DNA of 63,400 nucleotides, filler included, from Bigelowiella natans CCMP2755 (GCA_000320545.1; 8 parts of 8 records of this genome joined end to end with filler, not necessarily neighbours in it), one strand, 5' to 3'. Shown: positions 1 through 20,041, counted from the whole stretch's first letter. Program-made: numbers and translations. The notes: generated by a model not told the origin, from the letters alone.

Positions 1-203
1 TTTCCCGCCATAGAGCAAGTGACTGTCCCACCGGGTGCAAATAGCCCTCGTTGGGTCTCGAGACCGCTAACGTTGTTTCTGATGACACCCTCTGCCGCGG
101 ACGTACACGCAGCCGCGCTTTCCCGCTCGAATACGCTCGCCACCCCAACCACACTCGCCTGACCCCAGGCAGGGTGAGACACACACACACACTACGTGGT
201 AAT

Positions 204-257
<54 letters not shown>

Positions 258-754
258 TTCTTAACTGACTCATCTCCCCCCCTCCCCCCCTCCTCCTCCT
301 CTCAAAGTCCGATATGTGGGGCTGGAGTGATGAGGTCAACGGAAGAGAATACATCCTTTCGGGCCTTCGCCACGGCGTAGCGATATTAGACATCACAAGT
401 CGTGAGAACCCTCAAGTTGTAGCTAAAATCATCCAGCCTAAGGTAAAGCTTTCGCGATGAAAAAGCGTTATATACATATTATATATTTACATAGGCGTGT
501 ACAGCACACATCCACACACATGTCAGTGTTGTATGAAATTATTCCACCCTCCTCCTCCTCCTCCTCTCTCGAAGTAGTTTTTTCCACTCTCCTCGTGTGT
601 ACCGAATTAATAAAACAGAGAGGTGATGAGAAGTCCATATACGTAAATCAGGCGTTGCTGCCTCGGGGTTTCGTCGGTGAAACACCCTTCTGCCCAGCCT
701 CGTGGTGGAAAGATATCAAGGTCGTCTTATTTATCGCCGCGGAAATATCTTAAA

Positions 755-787
<33 letters not shown>

Positions 788-1069
788 TATCACACACACA
801 CACACACACTTACACACATGCGCACACGCACACGAACAGACACTTCAGCAGCTACGATGATGATACTATTTGTAAACACGCTCCTACCTTGTGCGCGTGT
901 GTGCTGTGCTGGGCAGGTGCTGCGAAATCGATACATGCTGGTTAGTTCCGAAGCAGCGTACTTTGGCGTACGAGTCTACGATCTTCATCAGCTAAGACTT
1001 CACAATGTATTATTTGGACACGCCATCATTATCCGTGTATCATCATTAATGTAGTATACATATATGTAT

Positions 1070-1131
<62 letters not shown>

Positions 1132-2518
1132 ATATACATATGTACGAGATATGCTTTCGAATACTCATCCAAACGTGTACTCCTCCCCACCCCATGCCCC
1201 CCCCCGTTTCCCCCCCCCGTGAACGCAGAGCACTGCGAGGGGTCATCTTCTAATGGAAGAAATCGCAAATTACGACGCTGTTTCGTCCACCCATAATCTA
1301 GTTATCGGCCCACGCGACTACGTGTATGCGGTATTATTAACGCACTCTGATGATGAGAAATGCGATTGTTCAAAAGACGCCTTCGGCGCGTATGGTGTTC
1401 TTCGCCTGAGGCGTGAGCATCATCACCAGGGCAGGAGCGATGTTCTTTCCCTTCCTGACTTTTGAGACTTGGAAAGGATCAATCTCGCGAATGCACGTGC
1501 GGGATTGGGAGTGTGAAGGCGTCGATTGCGGCGATATGCGGCATCTTTTGCGTTTCTTTCACACCAAAACACATGCAATGAGATGTAATATGCTACATAT
1601 TTTATGTGATTCTGGATGGGCATGGAAGGTCGGCAGTAACACGTGTAAAGGAGGCCTTCATATCATCGATTTCATAGATCCAAAGCGCCCAAAGACCGCA
1701 GGGTGCTACGAGGACGACGGGTCAATCATTTCCTTGCCTGTGTCTAGAAGCCACTAGTCTTTTTCTCACACAGACTTGCGCTTTGCCCGAGCTGCTTCTC
1801 CCATCGGAGTCGATACGTAACTGCTCTACTTCCTCCTCTTTTTCTTCATCCTCTCCCTCTTCTCCCGCTTCGCATTCTTCTCCTTCGCAGGTATATCCAC
1901 GACTGCCAGTGCGAGATCTACCACGGGCAGGACGCGCGCTACTTCGGGCACGAGATCTGCTTTTGCGGCTGCCTCGGGTGCTCCTTCCCTGGCGGCGGCT
2001 CTCCAGGAGGCTTCGCCATCTTGGACGTCAGCGACAAGAAAAGTGTGCGGCGCCTGTCGTGCACGTCCTACCCGCACAAGTTCTACCCCCACCAGGTGGT
2101 TTTGCGTTGCTTTTTCCGCCTCGCAACGTGGCGACCGAATGTAGTTGATGAACCAGCCGCGTTCCTAGCCGTCGTCTCGAGTGCAAGAACCATGATGATA
2201 GTCGCCGCGCCACACCCGGAATAAAGGCAGCGGCCGCAGTTGGCGTGGTAGTGAGTTGTTTCCTTTCAAATGCTGCTTGTTTTCAGGGCTGGCTGAGCTA
2301 CGATCATGTGTATTTCTTCTTTGGCGACGAGACCGATGAAGAGAATGCAGGCGTTCGGACGAGGACTCTAGTGTGGGAGCTTGGGGAGAATCTAGAGGCC
2401 CCGAGCCTTGCCGCCAAATGGGCGAATCCTTTGACAACGGCTGTCGACCACAACATGTTTTATTACCGGTAGCGTGCGTGTACCCCCGCGACTGTATTGT
2501 GCATTTCTCTACAGGGTT

Positions 2519-2557
<39 letters not shown>

Positions 2558-3260
2558 TGGTGTCCGCCATGTTCAAGTTCATTCTATGCCATTTTATCAT
2601 CGTGTATTATCCCAACAGGGGCGCCTTATTCCAGTCAAACTACGAGGCAGGACTCAGAGTGCTTAAATTCAATAGCCATAGCAACCGTGCTTCGGATACC
2701 CTGCAGGAAATCGCTTTCTTCGACACCTTCCCCCCTCCCTCAAAAACTACCACTAACAACGGCACTTGGGGACTTTGGCCATTCTTCAGGAACGGTGAGG
2801 AGACTATGATGCTCTTTAACGCCATTCTCGATCGATCTAAGGAATTCACCGAATGCCGTTATGGGACAGTCGATTGCCTCTTCCCCTCCGTCCCCCTGCC
2901 CCCTTTTGATGAACTCAAACACACATACACACATAGACATACACACACACACACACACGCACGCACGCACGCACGCACGCACGCACAAAAACAACAACAA
3001 CAACATCCACAGGAACGATCGGGATTTGCGCGGAGAGGATGGGCTGCTACATCCTGAGAATGCAAGACTCCGTCATGTCGCAGCTCACCGAGACTCCCCC
3101 AGAGTATCATTTCCCTGGCCGCGCCGAAGACGATGCAAATCGTGGGCCTGATCGCTATAGCTCCCATGTTTGGAGGACAATATTCATCGTCACCGGGCTC
3201 TTTGCGGTCATGATCCTCACAGGGTTTCTTTTCTGGCTGAAGACAGCACGGCGGCGGTAA
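1..3260 (+). CDS. Choice-of-anchor B family (LVIVD-type beta-propeller-like) protein with C-terminal transmembrane helix; multi-exon, 5' end uncertain
   Basis: Spliced exons give DMWGWSDEVNGREYILSGLRHGVAILDIT (~310-440), SWWKDIK, VSSEAAYFGVRVYDL, SSTHNLVI, CKGGLHIIDFIDPKRPKTAGCYEDDG/YIHDCQCEIYHGQDARYFGHEICF, YPHQ/GWLSYDHVYFFFGDETDE, AVDHNMF, QSNYEAGLRVL, EIAFFDTFP, GTWGLWPFFRNG. The last exon encodes a TM helix followed by KTARRR-stop at 3260. Confidence 0.85.
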
Positions 3261-3405
3261 GAACAAGGGAGATGGAGGGGAGGGGGGGGGGGGGGGGGGG
3301 ACTATGACGACAATGATGGGGATGATGATAATGATAGTGATCCATGGTTAATGTCTACCAACGACTATGTCATTGGCATTGTTATGTGGGCAACACCTGC
3401 TGGCC

Positions 3406-3505
3406 NNNNNNNNNNNNNNNNNNNNNNNNNNNNNNNNNNNNNNNNNNNNTTAATTAATTAANNNNNNNNNNNNNNNNNNNNNNNNNNNNNNNNNNNNNNN
3501 NNNNN
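3406..3505. other. Artificial scaffold gap linker N-TTAATTAATTAA-N (also ~9375, 14603, 19069, 39199, 40921, 46371)
   Basis: The same ~100-nt N spacer with a six-frame stop cassette occurs seven times. Confidence 0.98.
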
Positions 3506-7648
<4,143 letters not shown>

Positions 7649-8366
7649 CGTGCTTCGAAAGAGTAGCTCGCCGCCAGCGGCTTTGTTGCCTCCGTTGCTC
7701 CTAGTTGGTGTTGGCCTCTAAAGCGTTGTTTACGGACATCGCCTGCGGTACCCTTCGGTTCTTTTTACCGGTAAAGTTGATAAATTGTGCGTAGGGTGAG
7801 ATTTGAGCAAAACCTATCTCAATTTACGTTCGTCAGGAAGGCAGAGTAGCCCGCCCCACCCTTCACGAACGAGCGAGCCACCGATGAATCGATCCGGTTT
7901 TAGAGATCAAACTTTGGCTTTGAAGAAGAAGATTTATTGGAAATAGGTGCGATCTTTTGCTTGCGTCAAACTTATATCACATTTGTAACGAAAAATTTCC
8001 CTTGATGTCCTACCGAAAGTGCATCTCAGAAGGTTGAATTCTTCAGTGGATATCGTAAGATGGAATTCATCTGTGCGTCATCATATTCTCCGAAGTTTAA
8101 GGTGGAACTGAGGCCGTTTCAATGCAATATTCTTCGTCGCTGTAACCATTCTTTCGGCGTTACGGTTCGTATCGAAGCCCAATTTGATCCTTCTTTAAAC
8201 TTCCCCGGGTGGCTCAGCTTGTCGTACATGCTAATTTCACATTGGGTTCTTCTCGACGGACAGTTGTTCGCCATACAGACTACTGCGACAATGATTTAGG
8301 GATGTCGCAAGGAACTATTGTCCCCTTATCTCTTCCGACTGACTACCACTCAACTCGTTCGGAAAC

Positions 8367-8720
8367 ATGGCTGCTGGGTCACCGTGGAAGCAGCTCCTTC
8401 GAGCAGGGCTTACCCGGCCCCGCAGTGGGTGCCTTCGGGCTGCTTTCAGCTCAGGGTCCGAAGCAAAGGAGATCAGAAGGCTAAAATCGAGCGATATTCC
8501 ATCAGAGGCACAAGCTGTCGTTGTGGGAGGGGGAATCATCGGCTGCTCAGGTCGTGTGTGACTCGTCTGCTTCGGCGCTCTTCCAGCCAGTGCATACTGC
8601 GACCGAGCGCTATTTTCCTGAGATGTTATCCATTTGCGCCGATTCTTTTTTGGTCTTTATATAGTCGCATATCACCTCGCGGAGATGGGCACGGATGTGG
8701 TTCTCTTGGAACGTGACAAG
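8367..8720 (+). CDS. FAD-dependent oxidoreductase, sarcosine/dimethylglycine dehydrogenase (GcvT) family, N-terminal part with mitochondrial-type presequence; remainder not traced before the gap
   Basis: MAAGSPWKQLLRAGLTRPRSGCLRAAFSS...IPSEAQAVVVGGGIIGCS / VAYHLAEMGTDVVLLERDK, a GxGxxG FAD-binding motif typical of SARDH/DMGDH. Confidence 0.75.
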
Positions 8721-8751
8721 GTTCTGGTTACGTGTAGCAGCAGAAACAGCA

Positions 8752-8804
<53 letters not shown>

Positions 8805-9475
8805 TGTGGTAGTGATCGATCGTAGTAGTGTTGGGGGTGGTGGTGGTTATCATCGGTCTATTTTTAGTCTGATTAGTGGGACTATCGAACGGGGTTGCAA
8901 TAAAAGGGTGCAATGATGATGGTGGATGCTACGTGTTCATTGAAAATCGACCTCTCTCGGTGCGAATGACCGCATATTTCCTCCTCCTCCTCCTCCTACA
9001 TCTTCGAATCATTCATTATATGACGCTGCTATATTGTGACAACAACTACCGGCGTGCACAATTGCTCGAAAAATGTGCAAGGTGCTCGACTGATTCCCGT
9101 GTTTGGATTTCTTCTTTTTTTTTTTATACTGATATCCCTCAATTACTAACCACGGCCCGTACAATACCGCGTGTGCTCCACCGATACGATGTAAGATAAT
9201 GGCCTCAAAGATGTGATAGTGATCCACGCCGATCTAGCCCACACAGACCTGTGGAGGAAAGGTTGTGGGAGAAGTGATGAGAGAGGAAAGAAGTTTGCAC
9301 ATATACAGAATGATAATAACCGTGTCACTCCCTGCTCTCTAAGTGAATGTATATGCCTACTTTTCCTGCTTCCCNNNNNNNNNNNNNNNNNNNNNNNNNN
9401 NNNNNNNNNNNNNNNNNNTTAATTAATTAANNNNNNNNNNNNNNNNNNNNNNNNNNNNNNNNNNNNNNNNNNNNT

Positions 9476-9489
9476 TATATGTCCTCTCC

Positions 9490-9524
<35 letters not shown>

Positions 9525-9958
9525 AGTACGATACAAATCACGATCATCGTACTTGTCTGTCTTGAGATTTTTGAGGAGCAATCCGTGGGCCTGAGCAGTG
9601 GTGAAAGGAGGAGGAGGAGGAGGACCAAAGATCGTTTATTAATTCCGCATCATCATCATTTATCACATCATTTTGTCTTCACAGCAACGCTTCAACAAGC
9701 AGCATTCCGCAAATATACACAACACCATCTCCCCAACCGTTATCATAAGCGTGAGGGCTAGAACATCGGTTGGTCTGCTCACTAGCATCGTCGTACTCAT
9801 CCAGTCTCTCGTCAGAACGCAACACCGCCCCCCTCCCGCCCCCCCCTCCCCTCTCATTCACCGCTCGCTACTACCCCTCCTTCGTCGAAGTTGGCTCGCA
9901 TCTTGTGGAAGAGAGGGTCCACGTCCAGCTTGTGATCGATCTCCTACCGATGAATAAA

Positions 9959-9996
<38 letters not shown>

Positions 9997-10352
9997 GGTT
10001 TCGTGAAGAAAAGATAGCTATATGCATGATGCAAATGACGCAACATCACAACAGATGTTGTTGTTGTTGTTGCGAGAAGTGCTCAATACCTTCATGTTGA
10101 GCGCAGAAATGTCAGATTCCAAGGTTTTCGCCCCTCTGTAGTATCAATAGCAACCATTTAGACGCGTTCAGATAGGGGGGAGGGGGAGAGGGAGTTACTG
10201 CAGGACAACTATACTATAACCATGAGTAGACCTACTACACATCTCAAAAGCTTTCCACAAAACTGACAGCACCGAGGTGAGTAGTACTGCTACATCGCTA
10301 GAAGAAAAAGCCGAAGATCATCTGAGCGGCTTCCGACAATTCGGATATATTA

Positions 10353-10429
<77 letters not shown>

Positions 10430-11714
10430 ATTATATGCAGATGTCAACCTCCTGCGACGAGCAGCGCGTCGGTTCGCCTTTCTCTGCCTCACTTCGTCGT
10501 CGTCATCAGCATCTTCCTCGTCCTCCTGTGCCTTTTTCTCTTTTGAGCCTTTGCTTAACCCTCCAAGAACCTGGTAAAAAAAAAATCGGTGTACATATGG
10601 CTAATAATACGAGTAATACGACGACTAGACAACGGTGGTGGAAGAAAGAGTCAGCACTAATAGTTTACATATCAGAAGCATGATCTGGGCATGGGGATGG
10701 GGGGGGGGCAGTGACGCTAGCTGTAAAGACAGACGTATTACCTTGTATGTACTTTGGTGTACTGAATCTACGCGAGAAGAGTATATTTGCACGGAGGCGT
10801 CGAGCGTGCATGAGGCCTTCTGGAAGTTGAGTTGCCCCTTCTCGTCGCGGCTGAGCACGCACTCGTCCATGTGGTCGATTAGCTTCAATGTCCACGTGTT
10901 TTTCTGATTAATCTGCGTTTTGCAGGAAAAGGGACCATGAGACATTCTAATGTTTGAGGCAGGGCTAATACTGCAAGGCGGGGTGGGGGAGGAGAGTATA
11001 GGGAGATGGTGCTGAAAGCGCTTTTATGGTTTTACGAGCGATTCATAGAGCTGAAAACGTAGACAAGTGCGAATGGAACCCATCTGCTGTGCAATGCAAT
11101 ACGATGACATGACTCGAATCTTACCTTATTTGCAGTCGCAAGCTTGATGCATTGAGAGTATAGATCTGCCAGCGCAGCGTTGGAAACGGGCTCAATGCGA
11201 TTGTTGTTAGCCGGCGATGCGTCCTCTCCTCCCTTTCCCTCCTCAGATTTATCATTACTGATATTTTTCTTCACCGCCCCTTCGCCGCTTTCTAAGTAGT
11301 CAAGTCTGGCTCCTTTGTTGCGGATCTACGTGGTAAGTGTGGCCATGTGAGAATTGGCAGTGTATTCACACGCAAACACCATATTTTTTCCAAACTGAAG
11401 TGTAGCAGAAAGTGTATTTTTTCCTACCTCATGAAAAGGAGTCCTTTTGCCTGGTGCCAAGCTTTTCCGTTTGTTAGTAAGGCAAATACTTTCGCGCCTG
11501 AGGCGTAGAAAGCAAAGAAGTTGGATTTCGAGGCGTTCGTTCTGGTCGATTCCTTTGGCTGCATGTGATGAATTTAATCACTCGCGCACCCACACACACA
11601 GATATACCTTTTGTACTTTTTCCTCTCATAGTCCCCTTGCTCCCGCTGGAAGTCGAGATTCTTCCTAGGGGAGGTCAGGCTGGCAGCCCGGGTGGGGGAG
11701 TCACTGTATTCCAT
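9476..11714 (-). CDS. NCAPH: Condensin I kleisin subunit CAP-H (barren/Brn1/Cnd2); 3' part truncated by gap
   Basis: LADLYSQCIKLATANK/INQKNTWTLKLID...NFQKASCTLDASVQIYSSRVDSVHQSTYKV, plus KTLES...LN and VDPLFHKMRANFDEGG (~9880-9945). Confidence 0.92.
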
Positions 11715-11993
11715 TACTCCTTTTGAGATACAAGAACTTAACAAGAAGCACACTCCAAAGACGAAACAATGGAGATTTATTGATGCGACATACTACATAT
11801 TATGTCTTATGAATAAATCAAGCCTCATCTACTATTTCGTAGAAGTTACGAAAATAAGTTCAATCGGCTTTGGGAAGGCGGCAGTATTTTCCATGTACGA
11901 CAAGGATAACGCCACGACGTAAGTAGAGAACCGAGGTCAGTTTTTTGGATTGTTGGCACGGTCGCAGTGACCGTTGGCGGTGGTCGAGAACAC

Positions 11994-12001
11994 GCGGGAA
12001 A
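11994..12001 (-). promoter_or_regulatory. Candidate E2F/DP site TTTCCCGC upstream of CAP-H
   Basis: gcgggaaa on + reads TTTCCCGC on -, ~280 bp upstream of the putative CAP-H ATG. It is a single short match. Confidence 0.35.
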
Positions 12002-12299
12002 CAGTTCTGAAAAGGAGCACCCGAACAGCGAGTTGGAGTACGGAAGTCTGTCGCAACCCAGAAATACCATCCGTTTTATTTTCAAGTCGAATTCATGGGA
12101 TTTTAGTATTGCGACTTCCGAATTTGGGTTTTGAGGATCTGGCACACTTCGCGAGCCCTGGCTGTGGTGGCGTTGGGGTTCGATGGGAAAGAAGCGTTGT
12201 GCACGCAGGCGGAGGAAGAAGGGAGGGGGAGGGGGGGGTAGAGGGGGAGGCGCTAACTTAGAGGGGAAGGTATTACCAGGGAACTATGTGAAAAGCTCG

Positions 12300-12664
12300 A
12301 TGCCGGGATGTCATGTCGCTCAATGCTCCTCGTCGCTGCCCCCCCCTTCATGGATAATCGGAATCGACGAGTTTAGCAGGGAGGAGGTAGGCAGAGCAAT
12401 AAGGAGTTCCGGCAAACAAACCATAATGCTGCTGAATGTATAAGGGGGGAAAGCAGACTTGTTCTTTATATCCGAGCACCCACACACACACACATACACA
12501 CACACACACGCACATATATATATATATATATATATAATATACATATAGCTCTATCTCTCCACGCAGTATGGATTAGGAGCAAATGATGAGGTTCCGGACA
12601 TATCAATCGACCCGGAAGAGGTGTGCGTGTGTGCGTTGTGCTTGAGGGAGTGAGAGAAAGAAAA

Positions 12665-12709
<45 letters not shown>

Positions 12710-13041
12710 CCTCTACAAAGGAACGAACCGTGAGTAAGACTCTCAGTTAGTGAGTGTGCACGCTGTTTTCACAGGGAATCCTCAGCATCATCAACGACTC
12801 TGCAATCCACCGTGCTTACTACATATCGCTCCGAGGGGACAACTTTCGTGCATTCGACGCCCATGACCGGTGATAAGTAGGAAGATTTAGAAGTACTATC
12901 AACTACAGTCTCAGAATCATTCGTCATGGCCTTAAAAATCCTAAAGAAAGCATAGTCGATAGCACATAGCAATTACACAAATGTATAATTTCAAAAAACA
13001 AGAATTTTATATGAATACTACACACACACACACACACACAC

Positions 13042-13079
<38 letters not shown>

Positions 13080-14602
13080 CTTTTCACATGTTTCCCTCTG
13101 TGATCATCTTCCTACCAGGCTGCTTGAGGGCGGGGTTCACCGGGACGAGAAGGAGAGTGTGGTTCGATGCCTCACCTTCATCGTAACGGTAGTAAGACGT
13201 GTTTCTCAATGAAATCATGTGAAGATTTGACCGATGAAAAATATGCAATTGTTTACTATTGTCCCTAGCACACTACTTGCATCCCCCCCCTTCACCCTTT
13301 GCAATGCAGGTGCCGGTGATGGCTACAGTAGATCTCTGCCGTCTTGAATTACCAAAAGGAGGGCCTGGGGACATTGACTTGTGAGTAGCTTTGCAACTCA
13401 CACTTGCCGTAGTGTATATATATGCAGCGCAACCTTCCATAAAACACGTTGAAAGAGCCGAATGGCTATCATCCGAGTTCAGGGATTCTTGAGAGCGAGA
13501 ACACGCAGAGACGGCGTCGTCGATGTGCGGGGGAAAGTGTGCATGAGCGTGCATGTCTGTATTGTGTGTGTCTGTCTCTCTCTCTCTGTGTGTGTGTGTG
13601 TGTGTGTCGTTTTCGTGCTTTTCTGAGCATGTTCCTCTACTTCAAATTGTGGCACATCACGAGGCCTCCTGTTATTCTTCCATCGCGTATGCTATCAGAT
13701 ATTCCGATATAAGCGATCTTACTGGAACTAGCAGCAGCAGCAGCAGCAGCGGCAGCGGCAGCAAAGCCAGCAGTATAACTTCGAGGGAGCGGGGAAGCCA
13801 GAACACCCCAAGAAAGCAGCCGTCAACTTCGCCTTTACCAAGACAATTTGCCTTTCCTCTGGAGGGTGAAGGCCCCTTCTTATGCTCGCAGGGAGTCGAA
13901 GGAAGGTGATTTTTGGATAGAGCAACGGTTGCAGCATCCACCCCGCTCGGATGCATTCTCGCAATAGTATGAAGATGTATCCAAGTGTTTGAATACGTGC
14001 TTATTGCTGCCTGTTTGTGCGTGTGCGTGTGCGTGTGTGTGGGGGGGGGGCATGTGCTGGTATTGCTGCTAAAACTTCGTAGTTTCACGCACTTTTACCC
14101 AGCGACAAAGCACGCGATCGATTTGGTAAGCAGGAAGATAGGAACGAGAGGCCAACACAATCGGAGGGGGGGGAGGGCGGGGTTAACGGATGAAAATTCA
14201 TATATCGAATCTACTCTTCACCATTCTCATGATGACCATCCGCAACAGCTACCTCCATGTGATTCTGCCATTTTCATCAAATTGTCAGCATTAGATCGCT
14301 GTCATCCTGCATGTTCCTCCACTTCTTGCTTTCTCAACCTAAGCAGTGACGACTCACCTTCTGACTATCACCCCCCCCCCACCCCCCCGTACACGCATTG
14401 GCATTGACCGGGGGGATCCGGGGGGGAACCCCCATCCGGGCCCTGGCCAATGTATACGGGGGGGGGGGGAGGGGGCAACACATACGCACACATGGGGCAT
14501 CGATGGTTCAATTATCCTGATGATTATTTTTCTCACATAATTGCTGACTGCAATCTGTGTACGGCTTTATTGCTCTCCGCCTCCAAGACAAGATGATGAG
14601 TC
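12300..14602 (+). CDS. M23 (LytM-type) metallopeptidase family protein, multi-exon, 3' end in low-quality sequence and gap
   Basis: Exon FAFPLEGEGPFLCSQGVEG (~13847-13905) is followed by exon FTHFYPATKHAIDL (~14083-14124, HxxxD-like motif) and a degraded GTPI.A.. segment near 14420. Upstream exons are less certain. Confidence 0.6.
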
Positions 14603-14717
14603 NNNNNNNNNNNNNNNNNNNNNNNNNNNNNNNNNNNNNNNNNNNNTTAATTAATTAANNNNNNNNNNNNNNNNNNNNNNNNNNNNNNNNNNNNNNNNNN
14701 NNCTGCGAGATCAGACT

Positions 14718-14762
<45 letters not shown>

Positions 14763-14829
14763 GTATATACTTTCATGTATATATATACACATATTGCCGT
14801 GATTCGTTACCGCATCGTGAAGATGATCA

Positions 14830-17208
<2,379 letters not shown>

Positions 17209-18012
17209 TAGATACGAGAACCTGACAACCCAGGTAAGCTATCAAATAGTCTGCACCGAGGGAGGCGGGGAAGAAATAGTAGTATCGTTACGATTGCCAC
17301 GAGGGTTTCTCTAGCATCATAGGCAGGATATGACAACAGGTGAAAGGTTGTATCCATTGAATTGTGCCACAAAGGAGCAGGACAAGAGGGGGGGACAGTT
17401 ACACACAATGATCAATCCTGGACGCGTTTGTGGTAGCACTTCAGAAACTGTTCATCCAATTTTGTTGACATTTACAGCCAAATAGATTCTGTTATTGCAG
17501 AAATGTGCGAAATAGTATCTGTCTTATAACCAAAAAAGGAGCCCAATTTCTGTTTCTGAAACGATTTCGAAAATGAGTTTCTTTTGAGTTGGAAACGCCA
17601 ACGGAAGTGTAAGTTACGTGGGCCTCGAGTGGCTGTCGTACCGAAAACCCATCGCATTTTTATTTTAGGAAAAAATTATTGGATATTCCCCGGATGAACC
17701 AACGATCTTGACCCCTTTCACCTTTCACCATGTTAAAGTGAGATCGTTCTGCATTTATCATTAGAGACAAGCAGCTGCACCTCATAACTCGGCTTTAATT
17801 GCAGGAAATTTTGAGCAGTTCTCAATTTCGATGCCGTTTTCACAATTTCTGCGATATTATTGGGTATATTTAGTCTAAAACGCCTTTAATTTCGGCACGA
17901 GACTGCGAGTAGTTAGACCTTGCGATAGGGCCCTATCACTCTCGTGGACCCCTAACCAGTAATCTCAGCCCCTCTCGCGTCGCTGCGGATTTCGGCTAGA
18001 CCGCGAGGAGAT

Positions 18013-18314
18013 ATGATGCTCAGGGCGGAGCGTTTCGCATCGTCTAGAGCTAATCGATACGCTGTCCTGGTAGCCACAATTGAAACGTATATTCATGTTG
18101 TTTGCCCCTGAGAATAACATGAAATTAACAGAGGCGACGGGCCTTGACGGCCCTCCGACAGTCGTGCGTAAGGTGTAGAGGGTTCTCCACAAAGATCGAA
18201 GGTCAGCATAATGACGATTCCGCCGAAGCTGCAACTAAGAACGACACGGGATCGGATAGCATTGCCAGTACAAGCCAGGTTGCTGATGTGTGCGAGGCAC
18301 GCGTGTGTGTTTGT

Positions 18315-18346
<32 letters not shown>

Positions 18347-19068
18347 TGCTTGCTTTTCGGCCTTTAGACACTTTGATGGTGATTTCAGGTGCTTCAGGAT
18401 AAAATAAAAATGAACATTCATTTCACTCTAGATGAGCAGACGAATAGGTACACCTCCCCCTCGAAATATTAGACGCAGAGCATTTTTATAAGAGGGGTAC
18501 GTGTTGTCGCTAAATATGCGTGTGTGTGTGTGTGTGTATGTGTGTATGTGGTGGGAATATCAGTCGTATTCGCGCTCTGAACTCAATGCTGCGCTCCGAG
18601 CACCCTGACATACAAATGGACTTCGAGAAATACCTCCCTCACATCACGCTGTTCAGTTCCGAGTTCCAAAGTGATTGCGTCGATAAAGTGGAGATTGCGG
18701 GTAGAGCGCGATCTAGCAAACATCTTATCATTTCTACGAGAAAACTAGCTTATATTCACGAATGAAAATTGCGTGCATGTGCTTACCGCTGATCTAGGAC
18801 TTTGCGTTAAACATCTACTCCGTGGGATTTTGTTAATGTTGTTCATTTTATAGCTCTTGATGCCGCTAGCCAGCACTTTGGTGGTGGAGAATCGGACTTT
18901 ATCTGCAATATTCTTCAGTGGAATTTGCATCCATCTGGATATGTACGTCTACTCCTTCACGTCTTTCATCTTACTGCCCCTCCCTGCAATACGTTATCAA
19001 TCGATGGACATGTACGAACAGGTACTGTTGCAAATGGATCCTCCGCGGAATGCAAGATGGCGCCAACG
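18013..19068 (+). CDS. Putative 2H phosphoesterase-like protein with organellar-type N-terminus (partial)
   Basis: R-rich N-terminal exons (RRALTALRQSCVRCRGFST) and exon IRALNSMLRSEHPDIQMDFEKYLPHITLFSSEF with one HxT motif. A second motif was not seen before the gap. Confidence 0.4.
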
Positions 19069-20041
19069 NNNNNNNNNNNNNNNNNNNNNNNNNNNNNNNN
19101 NNNNNNNNNNNNTTAATTAATTAANNNNNNNNNNNNNNNNNNNNNNNNNNNNNNNNNNNNNNNNNNNNCCAAAGGTTGTTGCGCGTAAGGTGTTCACAGG
19201 CCGAGGCGCTACGTGCACAAGTAGGCAGGGGGGGGGAAAGGCACGTTTGCTTCCTTTTGAAGAGTTGTGTTTATTTTTATTAAAGATTATATTTTTATTA
19301 AATCGTGCACTGCGTAATCATTCGCGAAGCTTTCGCGAATGCCGCCGCACGTGGGGCAGCACACTTCCGGTGTGCTGCCATGAGTCCCGCCGGAACCCAC
19401 GTGCCTATGCTGTATTAATATCTACGTTATCTATATTCTATATCCGCGACAACCCCTTTGTTGTCGCACGTGACTTGTGCCCGCGTAGTGGTACGCGCTA
19501 CACCCAAAGCATCGCATCGCACTCCAGCGTGTGCTGCGTGTGCGCCGATGAGAGAGCTAAAGGAGCGGATTGAGTGAAGTGCACGCGGCAGGCATCACCG
19601 CACACACAAATGAGCAGAGCTCTTTGACGTGCCAACGATGAAGCTTGCACGCTGCATGCTCTAGTGCTCTTGGATGCCGGAATGCTTCGATGTGATCATC
19701 AGCTAGCCAGCAGCATGGGTCGGGTGAAATCGCGCACAGCTTACTGCTCTGCCTGCAACAACTGCTGGCACACAACCCGCGACAAGTGCGCTGCGCTGCG
19801 CGAACAGGCACAGCATTTGTGCGATGCGGTGCAAAGACGGGCTAGCTAGCTAGGGTCATGCGTCCGAAAATCACTAATCCATTGACAACAGCTAGTCCAG
19901 TGACACACGATTAAATTCCATCTGCAATGCATCCAAGCAGCCAGAACAATCAATCAAAACTGGCTGGCAACTGACAAAAATCATCCTCGCTCCTGTCTCA
20001 TGAAAGCTGGAGCGCTTTGAGTTCCACATTTCCTATGACCC

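Noticed and set aside
3406-3505. Recurrent TTAATTAATTAA palindrome within N runs
   Set aside because: Synthetic six-frame-stop gap linker, not biological.
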